Counted from the first letter of the stretch, positions 7,729 to 19,550 are shown. The stretch is DNA of 64,000 nucleotides from an uncultured Actinomycetes bacterium (GCA_963780585.1 CAWADD010000002.1:7906-71905); one strand, 5' to 3'. The notes: a model not told the origin generated them from the sequence alone. Numbers and translations are program-made.

Positions 7729-8850
7729 TTAGATCGCGGTCGCCGCGATGATCTCCGCCATGACCTCGTTGAGGTCGTTGTTGGCCTCGTAGACGACGAT
7801 CTGCCGTGACGCTCCGTTGCCCCGTTCGAGCAGGTCGCGAATGCCCTGCAAAGCGTCGGCGCCGCCGAGCTGCTGGGCGTGCGGCTCGAGCCGTTCGAGC
7901 AGCCGTCTCGTGAGCGCCTTCGTCGTCACGCGCTCGTTCGAGGGCAGGTCGACGATCTCCCCCTCGAGGCCGTGGCGCGCCGCCAGCCACTTGTTCTCGT
8001 CGAGCATCTGCCAGGGGTAGGCGGCGAGCTTCGTGCCCGCGTCGTAGTGCTCGGCGAGCTCGTGGACCATCGCCTGGATCAGCGCGGTCAGCGCGATCGT
8101 GTGCTCCAGGCGCGTCTGCGAATCACAGACGCGGATCTCCACCGTGCCGAGGTTGGGATGCGGGCGCACGTCGTACCAGAGGTACGTGTAGTCCTCCATC
8201 ACGCCGCTGGAGACCATGAACTCGACCTGGCGCTGCCAGTCGTGCCAGTCCTCGTAGGCGGGCGGCATGCCGACGCGCGGGAAGGCGCGGAAGATCGGCG
8301 TGCGCGTCGACAGCAGGCCGGTCCGGTCGCCGCGCCAGAACGGCGAGTTGGCGCTCAGCGCGAGCAGCACCGGGACGTGCACGCGCATCCCGTTGGCGAC
8401 GTGGATCGCCTTGTCGGGGTCGTCGATGCCGACGTGCACGTGCATGCCGAAGATCAGCTCCTGGCGAGCCACGAAGCGCAGCGCCGAGATGAGGTCGCGG
8501 TAGCGCGGGCGCGCGACGATCCGCTGGTCCTCCCACATCGCGAACGGGTGCGTGCCGGCCGAGCCGATGCTGAGCTCGCGCGCGGCGGCCGTCTCGCGCA
8601 CCTCGCGGCGCAGCGAGCGCAGCTGTTCGCCGGCCTCGACGACGTTCGCGCACGGCTTCGTGGCGATCTCGAGCACCGACTCCATCAGCTCGGGCTTGAT
8701 CTCTCCGTCGTCGCGCGCGTTGTTCGAGGCACCGGCGTCCTCGAGCAGCGACTCGATCGCGTTGACGAGCGAATAGCTCGAGGAGTCGACGATCATCAAC
8801 TCCTCCTCGACCCCGACCGTGTAGCTGGGCCCGGTGAAGTTCTCGCGCAT
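7729..8850 (-). CDS. ybdK: carboxylate-amine ligase, YbdK / glutamate-cysteine ligase family 2
   Basis: YTVGVEEELMIVD..., GTHPF, FGMHVHVG and LALSANSPFWRG are hallmark GCS2 motifs. Confidence 0.9.
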   Translation of the reverse strand: MRENFTGPSYTVGVEEELMIVDSSSYSLVNAIESLLEDAGASNNARDDGEIKPELMESVLEIATKPCANVVEAGEQLRSLRREVRETAAARELSIGSAGTHPFAMWEDQRIVARPRYRDLISALRFVARQELIFGMHVHVGIDDPDKAIHVANGMRVHVPVLLALSANSPFWRGDRTGLLSTRTPIFRAFPRVGMPPAYEDWHDWQRQVEFMVSSGVMEDYTYLWYDVRPHPNLGTVEIRVCDSQTRLEHTIALTALIQAMVHELAEHYDAGTKLAAYPWQMLDENKWLAARHGLEGEIVDLPSNERVTTKALTRRLLERLEPHAQQLGGADALQGIRDLLERGNGASRQIVVYEANNDLNEVMAEIIAATAI

Positions 8851-8996
8851 CGCGGCGGAGCGTACCCGGCGACCTGCTCGAACTCGCCTCCGCCCGATCG
8901 GGCGCCTGTGACGATCGTGCCGGCGCAGGCGCCGCTTGGCGCCGAATCTGCAACGCAGCGTTCGTCGCGCCGCACCACGACCTACGGTGTCGTGCG

Positions 8997-9521
8997 ATGT
9001 CCGCGCGCCGACTGATCGTCCTGCTGCTCGGGCTCGCGGCGGTCGCGGGCGGCGCCGCCGCGAGCGGGCTGCTGGACGGCGCTGGCGAGGAGCTCGACGG
9101 CGGCGCCGGCGCCGGCGCGAGCGTCGGTCGCGTCGTCAAGGTCGTCGATGGCGACACGATCCACGTGCAGCTCGGCGGCGTGCGCGAGAAGGTGCGCTAC
9201 ATCGGCATCGACACGCCCGAGACGAAGGATCCGCGCAGGCCGGTCCAGTGCTACGGGCAGCGGGCAGCGGACTTCAACGAGCAGCTCGTCGGCGGCGAGC
9301 GCGTCCGGCTCGTGCTCGATGTGCAGCAGCGTGACCGCTACGGACGCCTGCTGGCCTACGTGTACCGCGTCCGCGACGGCCTCTTCGTCAACGCCGAGCT
9401 CGCCCGCCTCGGCTATGCGCGAGCGCTCACGATCCCGCCCGACGTGCGCTACGCCGAGCGCTTCGCGGCGCTCGCCCGCGAAGCCCGCGAGCAGGGCCGC
9501 GGACTCTGGTCGGGCTGTTGA
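8997..9521 (+). CDS. secreted thermonuclease (SNase-like)
   Basis: A signal-like N-terminus is followed by VVKVVDGDTIHV...VRYIGIDTPE...QCYG...DRYGRLLAYV. Confidence 0.85.
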   Translation: MSARRLIVLLLGLAAVAGGAAASGLLDGAGEELDGGAGAGASVGRVVKVVDGDTIHVQLGGVREKVRYIGIDTPETKDPRRPVQCYGQRAADFNEQLVGGERVRLVLDVQQRDRYGRLLAYVYRVRDGLFVNAELARLGYARALTIPPDVRYAERFAALAREAREQGRGLWSGC

Positions 9522-9554
9522 CCGGCCGCGATCTCGGCTAACCTCGGGTAACGC

Positions 9555-9800
9555 ATGGCAACCAAGATGCGCCAGTCGATCGACGAGTTCGAGCGAGCCT
9601 TCGTCGAGGAGACCCATGTTGACCGTGCCCGCCGTGAGTCGTTGCGGCGCAAGGCGGTCCTGCGCTCGCGTCAGCGCAAGCTCGACAAGGTGCACAAGCG
9701 CGGAACCGCGCGCTTCATCATGCTCGTGCTGATGATCATCGCGACGGCCGTCGTCGTGACGATCGCGATGTTCCAGACGCTCGCCTACGTGATGGGCTAG
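9555..9800 (+). CDS. small hypothetical membrane protein
   Basis: 81 aa, with a charged N-terminus and one C-terminal TM helix (FIMLVLMIIATAVVVTIAMF). Confidence 0.5.
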   Translation: MATKMRQSIDEFERAFVEETHVDRARRESLRRKAVLRSRQRKLDKVHKRGTARFIMLVLMIIATAVVVTIAMFQTLAYVMG

Positions 9801-9829
9801 CCACCCGGGTCGCTGGGACGGGCGCTCGG

Positions 9830-10051
9830 CTACGAGCTCAGCTTGCGCAGCGCAGCGTCGACGTCGTTACCGGCGGTGACCTGCCCGCGCTCGGCCTGGA
9901 TCTCGAGATAGACCTCCTTGCGGAACACGGGGATCTCCCGCGGCGCCTGGATGCCGATCCGGACCTTCTCGCCCATGATCGACAGGACGGAGATCTCGAT
10001 CTCGTCCCCGATCATGATGCTCTGGTTGGACTTGCGTGTCAGGACCAGCAT
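9830..10051 (-). CDS. csrA: carbon storage regulator CsrA
   Basis: [48 protein letters not shown] is a near-canonical CsrA sequence. Confidence 0.92.
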   Translation of the reverse strand: MLVLTRKSNQSIMIGDEIEISVLSIMGEKVRIGIQAPREIPVFRKEVYLEIQAERGQVTAGNDVDAALRKLSS

Positions 10052-10188
10052 TAGACGGCCACCTTCCCTTGTCGCCGCGCCAACTCAATCAGGTTGGTTG
10101 GGCAAAGGCAACAGCACCCAACCGGGGCGCTACAGCCCACGCCTGCTCGGGGTCGGCCTCGGGGCGCGTTCTTGTAAGGTCAGCGCCC

Positions 10189-10767
10189 ATGGCACGACGC
10201 TCCCTGCGCCCACATCTCAACCAGATCCGCGGCTGGGTCCGGCAGGGCCGCACCGACGCCTGGATCGCGCACCAGCTCGAGGCGACGGTTCAGCAGATCG
10301 AGACCTTCAAGAAGGACAACGACCTCGTTCCCGCCGAGCCGGACTCCGGCGAGACCGCCGGCGCCGACTTCGACGACGAGATCGACCTGCGCGCCGAGGA
10401 CGACGCGCTGGTCGCGGCCGAGCTGGAGGCCGCCGAGGCACGGCGCCTCGAGGAGGAGGCGGCGCGTGCCCTCGAGGAGGCCGAGGAGGCCGCGCGCAAG
10501 GCGGCCGCCGGCGAGGACGACGACGACGACGCCAAGCCGGCCCCGCGGCGCCGCGGGCGACGCGGTGGACGGGCCCGCACGCGCACAGCGGTCGGCGCTC
10601 TCGAGGGGACGTTCGACCACGGCGAGGAGGGCTACGGGCTGTGGCTGGACCCCGCCGTCAGCGACAACCCGATCTACGCCGAGCACTGGGCGGGCCATCG
10701 ACCCGTCGAGGTCACGATCGAGGAAGACCAGATCGTGATCCGCCGCACCGGCCCAGACCCCGACTGA
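10189..10767 (+). CDS. hypothetical protein with an HTH-like N-terminus, an acidic coiled centre and an Arg-rich patch
   Basis: Internal Met of track ORF 10036..10767: MARRSLRPHLNQIRGWVRQGRTDAWIAHQLEATVQQIETF..., followed by an EAEEA/DDDDD low-complexity stretch. Divergent from csrA. Confidence 0.5.
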   Translation: MARRSLRPHLNQIRGWVRQGRTDAWIAHQLEATVQQIETFKKDNDLVPAEPDSGETAGADFDDEIDLRAEDDALVAAELEAAEARRLEEEAARALEEAEEAARKAAAGEDDDDDAKPAPRRRGRRGGRARTRTAVGALEGTFDHGEEGYGLWLDPAVSDNPIYAEHWAGHRPVEVTIEEDQIVIRRTGPDPD

Positions 10768-10771
10768 CGCC

Positions 10772-11098
10772 TCAGGGTTCCGTGCGGCGGCCGCCCGCGA
10801 AGTCGCGCGCGTCGCGCAGATAGCGCAGGAACGCGGCGTCTGCGACCGTGCGCGCGTCCCATGCCCAGGGCGCGTCGGGTGCGACGGCGGCCGCCAGGTC
10901 CGTGCACCAATCGGTGCCGCGCCCGTAGAGCTCGGCGAGCTCGTCGGTCGTGAACGTGCCCCCGAGCCGCCTGCGCAGCTCGGCCTCGATCCGGCTCACG
11001 ACGGTCTCGAGCGCGCGCCGCTGGTCGAGCGGGGCGCCCGCCATCCGCCGCTCGCCTTCGCGCCACTGACCCAGCGCTATCTCGAAGCTCGTCGCCAC
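10772..11098 (-). CDS. hypothetical protein
   Basis: 108-aa track ORF with plausible composition. I recognise no family. Confidence 0.45.
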   Translation of the reverse strand: MATSFEIALGQWREGERRMAGAPLDQRRALETVVSRIEAELRRRLGGTFTTDELAELYGRGTDWCTDLAAAVAPDAPWAWDARTVADAAFLRYLRDARDFAGGRRTEP

Positions 11099-11135
11099 CG
11101 ACGGCGAGGCTACCCGCCGGCGGGTGCCCGCAGCG

Positions 11136-11432
11136 CTACTCGCCGGGCAGTCCGCGGACGACGTAGGCGCGCTCGTCGGGCTTGACCATCCCCAGCCGGC
11201 GCGCCTCGGTCTCGACGCTGCCAGGGCTGCGCAGGGCGCGTGCGCGCCTGACGAGCTCGCCGTGCTCGCGCTGCAGCTGCGAGACCTCCTGGCGCTTCGT
11301 CTGCGCCTCCTGCCACGTCGACACCCACGTGCGCAGCGGGTTGATGTACAGGTAGATCAACAGCAGGCCGACGAACAGGAGCGCGAGCCGCCCGATCCGA
11401 TCCCAGCGCACGTGCGGCGTGAACTCGCGCAT
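11136..11432 (-). CDS. ftsB: septum formation initiator FtsB/DivIC-like
   Basis: A TM helix (LALLFVGLLLIYLYI) is followed by a coiled coil (QEAQTKRQEVSQLQREHGELV) and GMVKPDE. It lies immediately downstream of eno, which is conserved synteny. Start taken at the internal Met (MREFT). Confidence 0.75.
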   Translation of the reverse strand: MREFTPHVRWDRIGRLALLFVGLLLIYLYINPLRTWVSTWQEAQTKRQEVSQLQREHGELVRRARALRSPGSVETEARRLGMVKPDERAYVVRGLPGE

Positions 11433-11505
11433 CAGGTCCTCGTTCGGCCCCGTCCGGCCAACTCCTGCCGATGGTTGCCGCAAGCCAAGGCAGGCAGGAT
11501 GGCGG

Positions 11506-13424
<1,919 letters not shown>

Positions 13425-13443
13425 GCCGCGATGAGCGCCGGCG

Positions 13444-14601
13444 TCAGCCCGTCGGCGTGGGCTGTGGCTGCGTTGCGCCGCCGCCGACCACGGTCGTGGT
13501 CGTCTTCGGCTTCGGAGCGTTCTTGCACTGCGACATCACGTAGGCGTCGGCGCAGTTCGTGCGCGCCTTCCACTTCTTCAGCAGCGCGGCGTTGAAGTCG
13601 TCGTCGGCCTTCTGTTTGTTCTGGGCGTCGAGCTGCTGCTTGATCACCGTCGAGGCTTGCTTCAGCGTCTGCTGCTTGGCCTCGACGATCTTCTGGACCT
13701 CGAAGACGTAGTAGCCGAACTGCGTCTTGACCGGACCCGAGAGCTGGTCCTTGCGGGCCGCGAAGATCGCGTCGTCGAACGTCTTCTCCTGGGTGCCCTT
13801 GGCGATCCCGAGCAGCGACCCGCCGGAGTCCTTGGAGGCTTGGTCGATCGAGAACTTCTTCGCGACCGCCTTCCAGCTCTGGCCTGACGCGAGCGCCTGC
13901 TTGGCCTCGTTCGCCCGCGCCTCGGTCTTCGTGAGGACCACGCGCAGATCGCGCGTGGCAGGCGACGCGAAGCGCGACTTGTTCTTGTTGTAGAAGTCCT
14001 CGACGGCCTTGTCGCTGACCTTGTCGGCGCCCTTGACGGCCTTCTCGCGCAGCTTCGTGTACAGCGTGTTCCAGCGCACCTGGCGCTTCGTGTCGTCGAC
14101 CGTGTAGCCGGACTGCTTGAGGAAGTCCTGGAACTCCTTCTCGGTCGGGAAGGACTGCTTCTTGGCCTCCTGGTACTTCTTCGTGTCCTCCGCCGTGGAG
14201 AGCTTCAGGCCCTGGTCTGAGGCCTCGCCGGCGACCCACTTCTCGAGGATCAAGAACTGCATCGCCTGGTCGCGCAGGCTCTCGTACTCCTGCTTGCACT
14301 GCGCCTTCAGCTGGGCCTGGCTGGGCGACGGCTGGCCCTTGGCGGGCTTCGGCGCGGTCGACTTCTTCGTCGCAATGCAGGCGGCGTAGTCGGGCGGCGA
14401 GTACGCCACCTTCGGCGAGCCCTGCGGCTGCGACTGCGACTCGGCGATGCCGAGCCAGTGGGCGAACTCGGTCCGCGAGATCGTCTGGCCGTCAACGGAG
14501 GCGACGGAGTTTCCGGGTACGGAGTCGCCACACGCGGTGAGGGCGACCATGGCCACAAAAAAGGCGCAAAGCGCCGACAACGAACGAGGCATACGAGTCA
14601 C
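13444..14601 (-). CDS. PpiC/SurA-type peptidyl-prolyl isomerase lipoprotein (PrsA-like)
   Basis: A lipobox (ALTACGD) is followed by a parvulin-like core (ATRDLRVVLTKTEARANEA...FSIDQASKDSGGSLLGIAKG...GPVKTQFGYYVFEV). Confidence 0.85.
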   Translation of the reverse strand: MTRMPRSLSALCAFFVAMVALTACGDSVPGNSVASVDGQTISRTEFAHWLGIAESQSQPQGSPKVAYSPPDYAACIATKKSTAPKPAKGQPSPSQAQLKAQCKQEYESLRDQAMQFLILEKWVAGEASDQGLKLSTAEDTKKYQEAKKQSFPTEKEFQDFLKQSGYTVDDTKRQVRWNTLYTKLREKAVKGADKVSDKAVEDFYNKNKSRFASPATRDLRVVLTKTEARANEAKQALASGQSWKAVAKKFSIDQASKDSGGSLLGIAKGTQEKTFDDAIFAARKDQLSGPVKTQFGYYVFEVQKIVEAKQQTLKQASTVIKQQLDAQNKQKADDDFNAALLKKWKARTNCADAYVMSQCKNAPKPKTTTTVVGGGATQPQPTPTG

Positions 14602-14672
14602 GGTCGGGCCGATCCTAGCGAACGGCAGAACGGCGCCGCGCAGATCTCGACGAGTTCATCGAAGCTTCTTCA

Positions 14673-17600
14673 TCAAGCGGCTTCGCGGGTGAGCGCGAGT
14701 AGGGCATCCGCGGCGCGCACGACGGCCGGGAAGCGCTGCTCGGGATCGTCGGGCACGCGCACCGACAGCTGGCTCTTGCCCGACTCGTAGAGCGCCCCCG
14801 GGATCTGCGTGCGCAGCCGCTTGGCGCGCGCCGAGTCGAGCTCGATCGGCGTCACCGCGAGGCGACCGTTGCGGAAGGAGACCGTCGTCGCGCCGGCCTG
14901 GCCGAGCTTGATCCGCGCGCGCTGCAGGTCGATGAGGTTGCGCAGCGGTTGCGGAAGGTCGCCGAAGCGGTCGGCGAGCTCCTCGCGCAGCAGCTCGAGG
15001 TCGGCGACGTCGACGGCCCCCGCGATGCGCCGGTGCACGTCGATCTTCGCCTGCTCGTAGGGGATGTAGTCGGCCGGGACGTAGGCGTCGACGTTGACGT
15101 CCAGCCGCACGGGCTCGGCCATCTCGACGTGCGCTCGCCCGTCGCGCTCAGAGTCCACGCGCTCGGCCTCGGCGACCGCCTCGTCGAGCATCTGCATGTA
15201 CAACTCGAAGCCGAGCGCCGCGACGTGGCCGGACTGCTCGTCGCCGAGCAGGTTGCCCGCGCCGCGCAGCTCGAGGTCGCGCATCGCGATCTTGAAGCCG
15301 GCGCCGAGCTCGGTGTAGTCGCTCAGCGCCGCGAGCCGGTGCGAGGCCTCGACCGTCAGCGCGGCCGCGCTCGCGTACAGCAGGTACGCGAACGCGCGCT
15401 CGCGCGAGCGTCCGACGCGCCCGCGGATCTGGTAGAGCTGCGACAGGCCGAAGACGTCGGCGCGGTCGACGACCAGCGTGTTCGCCTGCGGGATGTCGAT
15501 CCCCGACTCGATGATGCTCGTGCAGACGAGCACGTCGGCGTCGCCGCGCAGGAACGTCAGCATGCGGTCCTCGAGGTCGACCTCGTCCATCTGCCCGTGC
15601 GCGACCTCGAAGCGCATCCGCGGGCACAGCCCGCGCAAGCGCTCGGCCGTCTCGTCGATCGTCTCGACGCGGTTGTGCAGGAAGAACGCCTGGCCCCCGC
15701 GGGCGTGCTCGCGCAGCAGCGCCTGCTTGACGAGCTCCTCGTCGTACTCGCCGACATACGTCTTGATCGGCCGCCGGCCCTCCGGTGGGGTGTTGATGAC
15801 CGAGATGTCGCGCAGCCCGGCGAGCGACATCTGCAGCGTGCGCGGAATCGGCGTCGCGCTCATCGAGAGGACGTCGACGCGCAGCTTGAGCTGGCGCAGC
15901 AGCTCCTTCTGCTTGACGCCGAAGCGCTGCTCCTCGTCGACGATGATCAGGCCGAGGTCCTTCGCGCGCACGTCGCGCGAGAGCACGCGGTGGGTGCCGA
16001 CGAGGATGTCGACGGCGCCGCTCTGAAACCCAGCGATCGCCTTCTTCTGGTCGGCGGCGGAGCGAAAGCGGCTGACGTGCTCGATCGTGAACGGGTAGTC
16101 CTTCAGCCGCTCGGCGAACGTGCCGTAATGCTGCTGGGCGAGGATCGTCGTCGGCACGAGCATCAGCACCTGCTTGCCGGCGTCGGCGGCCTTGAACGCC
16201 GCCCGCAGCGCGACCTCGGTCTTGCCGAAGCCGACGTCGCCGCAGATCAGGCGGTCCATCGGGCGCTCGGACTCCATGTCGCTCTTGACGAGCTCGATCG
16301 CCTCGGCCTGGTCGGCGGTCTCGTTGTACGGGAAGGCGGCCTCGAACTCGCGCAGCCAGTCGCTGTCGGGCGGAAACGCCAGGCCGGTGCGCCGGCGCCG
16401 CTCGGCGTAGAGGTTGAGCAGCTCGCCGGCGAGCTCCTGGGCGGCGCGACGGGCGCGCGCCTTGAGCCGGTCCCAGGCCTTGCCGCCGAGCTTGGAGAGC
16501 GGCGGGTGGGCGCCGCCCGCGCCGACGTAGCGGCTGATCTTGGCGAGCTGGTCCGACGGGACGAAGACGCGGTCGTCGCCCTGGTACTCGAGGTACAGGT
16601 AGTCGCGCGTGACGCCGGCGACGGTCTTGCACTCGAAGCCCGCGAAGCGCGCGATCCCGTGGTCCTCGTGGACGACGATGTCGCCCGTGCGCAGGTCGGC
16701 GAACGAGCGCAGCGCGCCGCGCCGGCGGGCCGCATAGTCGCGTCCGGCGCTGCGCTCCTGACGGCGGCGGCGGAAGAGCCGGTGCTCGGGCAGGACGGCG
16801 AGCTTGAGGCCGGCGGCGATGAAGCCGTCGCGCAGGTTGACGTGCGCGAAGCGCAGCGGGTGCTCGTGATCCCAGCCCGTGCCGCCGTCGCCCTCGCCAA
16901 GCCAGGAGGACTTCAGCCGCGCGAGGTTGTACGCCGCGCGCTCGCCCTCGCCGCGCTGCGGCCACGTGACGACCGTGCGGTAGCCCGAGCGCACGAGCTT
17001 CTCGAGCTCGGGCTCGGCCTCCTTCAGCGAGCGCGCGGCGAGGTCCGGCGCTTGGGCGCGGAACTGCAGCGGCTGGTCGCTGTCGTAGGAGGAGAGACGG
17101 ACGTGCGCGCGGGCGTCGAGCGCGGCGCTGATCTGCTCGGGCGCGACGTAGAGGTGGTGCGCGTCGCTGTCGTGAAAGGCCGCGCAGACGTCCTGCCAGT
17201 GGTCGGCGAGCGCGGGACCGATCTCCTCCTCGGCGGCGAGCAGCACGGCGGCGTCCGGCGCGAGGTCGAGGAACGCGGCGAAGCGCTCGACGGGCAGCAG
17301 CTCGGCGATGTCCGGCCGGTCCTCCTCGGACTCCAGCGCCGCCATCTCGGCGAGCTCGCGATGCTCGGCCGCGAGCTCGGCGGCCGGGGCGATCTCGACC
17401 TCATCGGTGTCGCCGAGCGAGCGCTGCGTGAACGTCGAGAACCAGCGCAGCGACTCGATCTCGACGTCGAACAGGTCGACGCGCACGGCGCGGTCCTCGG
17501 TCGCCGGGTAGATGTCGAGCAGCCCACCGCGAGCGGCGAACTGACCGCGGTCGTCGACCTGGTCGACGCGCTCGTAGCCGGCGGCGACGAGCTCGGCGAT

Positions 17601-18065
17601 GCACTCCTCGAGGTCGAGCAGCTCGCCGACGCGCAGCCGGAACGAGTGCGGGCGCAGCGCCGGGTCGGGCACCTTCTCGCTCAGCGCCACGGCGGACACG
17701 ACGACGACCGGCGCTTCGTGGCCCGTGGCGCGAGGTTCCGCCTCCAGCAGCGCGTCGAGCGCCGCGACGCGCAGGCCGACGAGGTGCGGTGGCGGCGCGA
17801 GATGCGACTCGTAGGCGACGCCGCGGGTGGGATAGAAGCGCACCGGCCGCGGGTGCAGCCAGGCGCGCAGGTCGGCCGCGAGGTCGCGCGCCTGACGGTC
17901 GTCGCCGGCGACGATCAGCGCCGGCCGCACGCGCTCCTCGTCGGCCAGCGCGGCCAGTACGTAGGGCCGCAGCGACGACGAGACGAAGGCCGCGCCGCCG
18001 TCGCGCGCGAGCGTCGCGCCGTCGGCGTCGTCAGTGAGATGGGAGAGCAGCGGGCGCAGGGTCAT
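14673..18065 (-). CDS. mfd: transcription-repair coupling factor Mfd
   Basis: The 1130-aa protein has the CarD-like GDIVVHEDHGIARF, the helicase motifs LICGDVGFGKTEVA and DEEQRFGV, and a TRG/TRCF C-terminus. Confidence 0.98.
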   Translation of the reverse strand: MTLRPLLSHLTDDADGATLARDGGAAFVSSSLRPYVLAALADEERVRPALIVAGDDRQARDLAADLRAWLHPRPVRFYPTRGVAYESHLAPPPHLVGLRVAALDALLEAEPRATGHEAPVVVVSAVALSEKVPDPALRPHSFRLRVGELLDLEECIAELVAAGYERVDQVDDRGQFAARGGLLDIYPATEDRAVRVDLFDVEIESLRWFSTFTQRSLGDTDEVEIAPAAELAAEHRELAEMAALESEEDRPDIAELLPVERFAAFLDLAPDAAVLLAAEEEIGPALADHWQDVCAAFHDSDAHHLYVAPEQISAALDARAHVRLSSYDSDQPLQFRAQAPDLAARSLKEAEPELEKLVRSGYRTVVTWPQRGEGERAAYNLARLKSSWLGEGDGGTGWDHEHPLRFAHVNLRDGFIAAGLKLAVLPEHRLFRRRRQERSAGRDYAARRRGALRSFADLRTGDIVVHEDHGIARFAGFECKTVAGVTRDYLYLEYQGDDRVFVPSDQLAKISRYVGAGGAHPPLSKLGGKAWDRLKARARRAAQELAGELLNLYAERRRRTGLAFPPDSDWLREFEAAFPYNETADQAEAIELVKSDMESERPMDRLICGDVGFGKTEVALRAAFKAADAGKQVLMLVPTTILAQQHYGTFAERLKDYPFTIEHVSRFRSAADQKKAIAGFQSGAVDILVGTHRVLSRDVRAKDLGLIIVDEEQRFGVKQKELLRQLKLRVDVLSMSATPIPRTLQMSLAGLRDISVINTPPEGRRPIKTYVGEYDEELVKQALLREHARGGQAFFLHNRVETIDETAERLRGLCPRMRFEVAHGQMDEVDLEDRMLTFLRGDADVLVCTSIIESGIDIPQANTLVVDRADVFGLSQLYQIRGRVGRSRERAFAYLLYASAAALTVEASHRLAALSDYTELGAGFKIAMRDLELRGAGNLLGDEQSGHVAALGFELYMQMLDEAVAEAERVDSERDGRAHVEMAEPVRLDVNVDAYVPADYIPYEQAKIDVHRRIAGAVDVADLELLREELADRFGDLPQPLRNLIDLQRARIKLGQAGATTVSFRNGRLAVTPIELDSARAKRLRTQIPGALYESGKSQLSVRVPDDPEQRFPAVVRAADALLALTREAA

Positions 18066-18153
18066 GGCAGGCGAAGCGACCGCATGGCGGGGTGCGGCGA
18101 CGCACGCTCCAGTGTAGGTCCGACCCGCTCGCTGCCGGTGTCGTCTCGACGCT

Positions 18154-18193
18154 GAGCAGCGGTGGCTATCAGCGGTGGTAGCCGTCGCTGCTC
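18154..18193 (-). terminator. GC-rich stem-loop between pth and mfd (possible terminator or mfd leader structure)
   Basis: gagcagcg gt ggcta tcagcggtgg tagcc gt cgctgctc forms an 8-bp outer stem and a 5-bp inner stem. There is no U-tract. Confidence 0.3.
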
Positions 18194-18260
18194 GGCGGCG
18201 TCATGCGGCCCGCGAGACCGCCAACCCCGAGACCGTGCTCGCGAGGGAAGCGCGGGCGCC

Positions 18261-18848
18261 CTACAGCTCGCGCTCGCCGAGCACGATCGCCTCGGCCGCG
18301 TTCGCGGCCTCGTCGACGAGCGCCGCGACCTCGGCCTTGGACTCGCGAAACGCGCCCAGGACATGGGCGGAGACGAGCTCGGAATCGGTCGAGTCGGGCC
18401 GGCCGACGCCGATCCGTACGCGCGCGAAGTCGGCGCTGCCAAGCTCGGCCTTCAGCGACTTCAGCCCGTTGTGTCCGGCGAGGCCGCCGCCGATCCGCGG
18501 GCGCACGTCGCCGAACGGCAGATCGATCTCGTCATGGATCACGAGCACCCGATCGAGCGCGAGCTTGTAGGCGCCGCGCGCGGGACCGACCGAGCGTCCG
18601 GCGTCGTTCATGTACGTCTGCGGCAGCAGCACAGCGACGCGGGGGCCGCCGGGACCGGTGCGCCCCTCGCTCAGCAGGCCGCCGAACTTCGTCCTCGCGC
18701 GCGGCAGCTGCCAGCGCTCGGCGAGCCGCTGTGCGACCTCGAAGCCGATGTTGTGCGGCGTCCCCGCGTAGCGCGATCCGGGGTTGCCGAGGCCGACGAC
18801 GAGCCAGTCGACCGGTGCGCTCGTACCGCCGCGGCCGGGCAGCCGCAT
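18261..18848 (-). CDS. pth: peptidyl-tRNA hydrolase
   Basis: WLVVGLGNPG..Y..TPHNIGF...HDE.DLPFG..R...GGG..GHNGLKS. Confidence 0.95.
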   Translation of the reverse strand: MRLPGRGGTSAPVDWLVVGLGNPGSRYAGTPHNIGFEVAQRLAERWQLPRARTKFGGLLSEGRTGPGGPRVAVLLPQTYMNDAGRSVGPARGAYKLALDRVLVIHDEIDLPFGDVRPRIGGGLAGHNGLKSLKAELGSADFARVRIGVGRPDSTDSELVSAHVLGAFRESKAEVAALVDEAANAAEAIVLGEREL

Positions 18849-18857
18849 CGCGGGCGC

Positions 18858-19514
18858 CTACTCGTCGGACGCGGCGTCGCCGGCGCCGGCGTCGGCGGCC
18901 GGCGCGTCACCGACGCGCTCGGTCTCTTCTTCGATCTCGTCTTCGTCGGTCGCGATCCGCGGCGGGGTCAGCGTCGCGACCGTCGTCTCGTCGACATCGT
19001 CGAGCAGGGTCACGCCGGCCGGCACCGTGACATCGGCGAGCGTGATCGTGTCGTTGATCTGCATCGCGGAGACGTCGTGGACGATCGACTCGGGGATCGA
19101 GGTCGGCAGCGCTTCGATGTTCAGCTCGCGCGTGATCTGCTCGAGCACGCCGCCCTCCTTGACGCCCGGGGCGTCCTCGCCGCCGGTCAGCTCGAGCGGC
19201 ACGACCGCGGCGATCACGACGTCGAGGTTCACGCGCAGCAGGTCGACGTGCATCGTCTCGCCGCGCACCGGGTGGTACTGGGCGCTCTTGAGGATCGCCG
19301 GCGTGGCCGAGCCGCCGTCGGAGACCTCGAGCACGGCGCCGCTGGCGGCCAGCGCGTGGCGCAACTCGCGGGCATCGGCGCTGAAGGCGAGCGGCTCGCC
19401 GTCGCCGCCGTAGAGGACGCCGGGCACCCGGCCGCTGCGGCGCAGCCGCCGCGTCGCGCGCGAGCCCTCGGGCTCGCGCGGGGAGATGGAGAGCTTCGTC
19501 GTCTGTGAGGCCAT
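18858..19514 (-). CDS. rplY: 50S ribosomal protein L25 / general stress protein Ctc
   Basis: RRLRRSGRVPGVLYG...HPVRGETMHVDLLRV, followed by an acidic C-terminal tail. Confidence 0.93.
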   Translation of the reverse strand: MASQTTKLSISPREPEGSRATRRLRRSGRVPGVLYGGDGEPLAFSADARELRHALAASGAVLEVSDGGSATPAILKSAQYHPVRGETMHVDLLRVNLDVVIAAVVPLELTGGEDAPGVKEGGVLEQITRELNIEALPTSIPESIVHDVSAMQINDTITLADVTVPAGVTLLDDVDETTVATLTPPRIATDEDEIEEETERVGDAPAADAGAGDAASDE

Positions 19515-19550
19515 GGCGACCGGGAAGGGTAGCGGAACGGACCGCGCGCC

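Noticed and set aside
14949-18155. 1,068-aa ORF on the plus strand
   Set aside because: It is antisense to mfd. The translation is an Arg/Ala/Gly/Asp-rich low-complexity string with no motifs. Such stop-free off-frames are expected in high-GC DNA.
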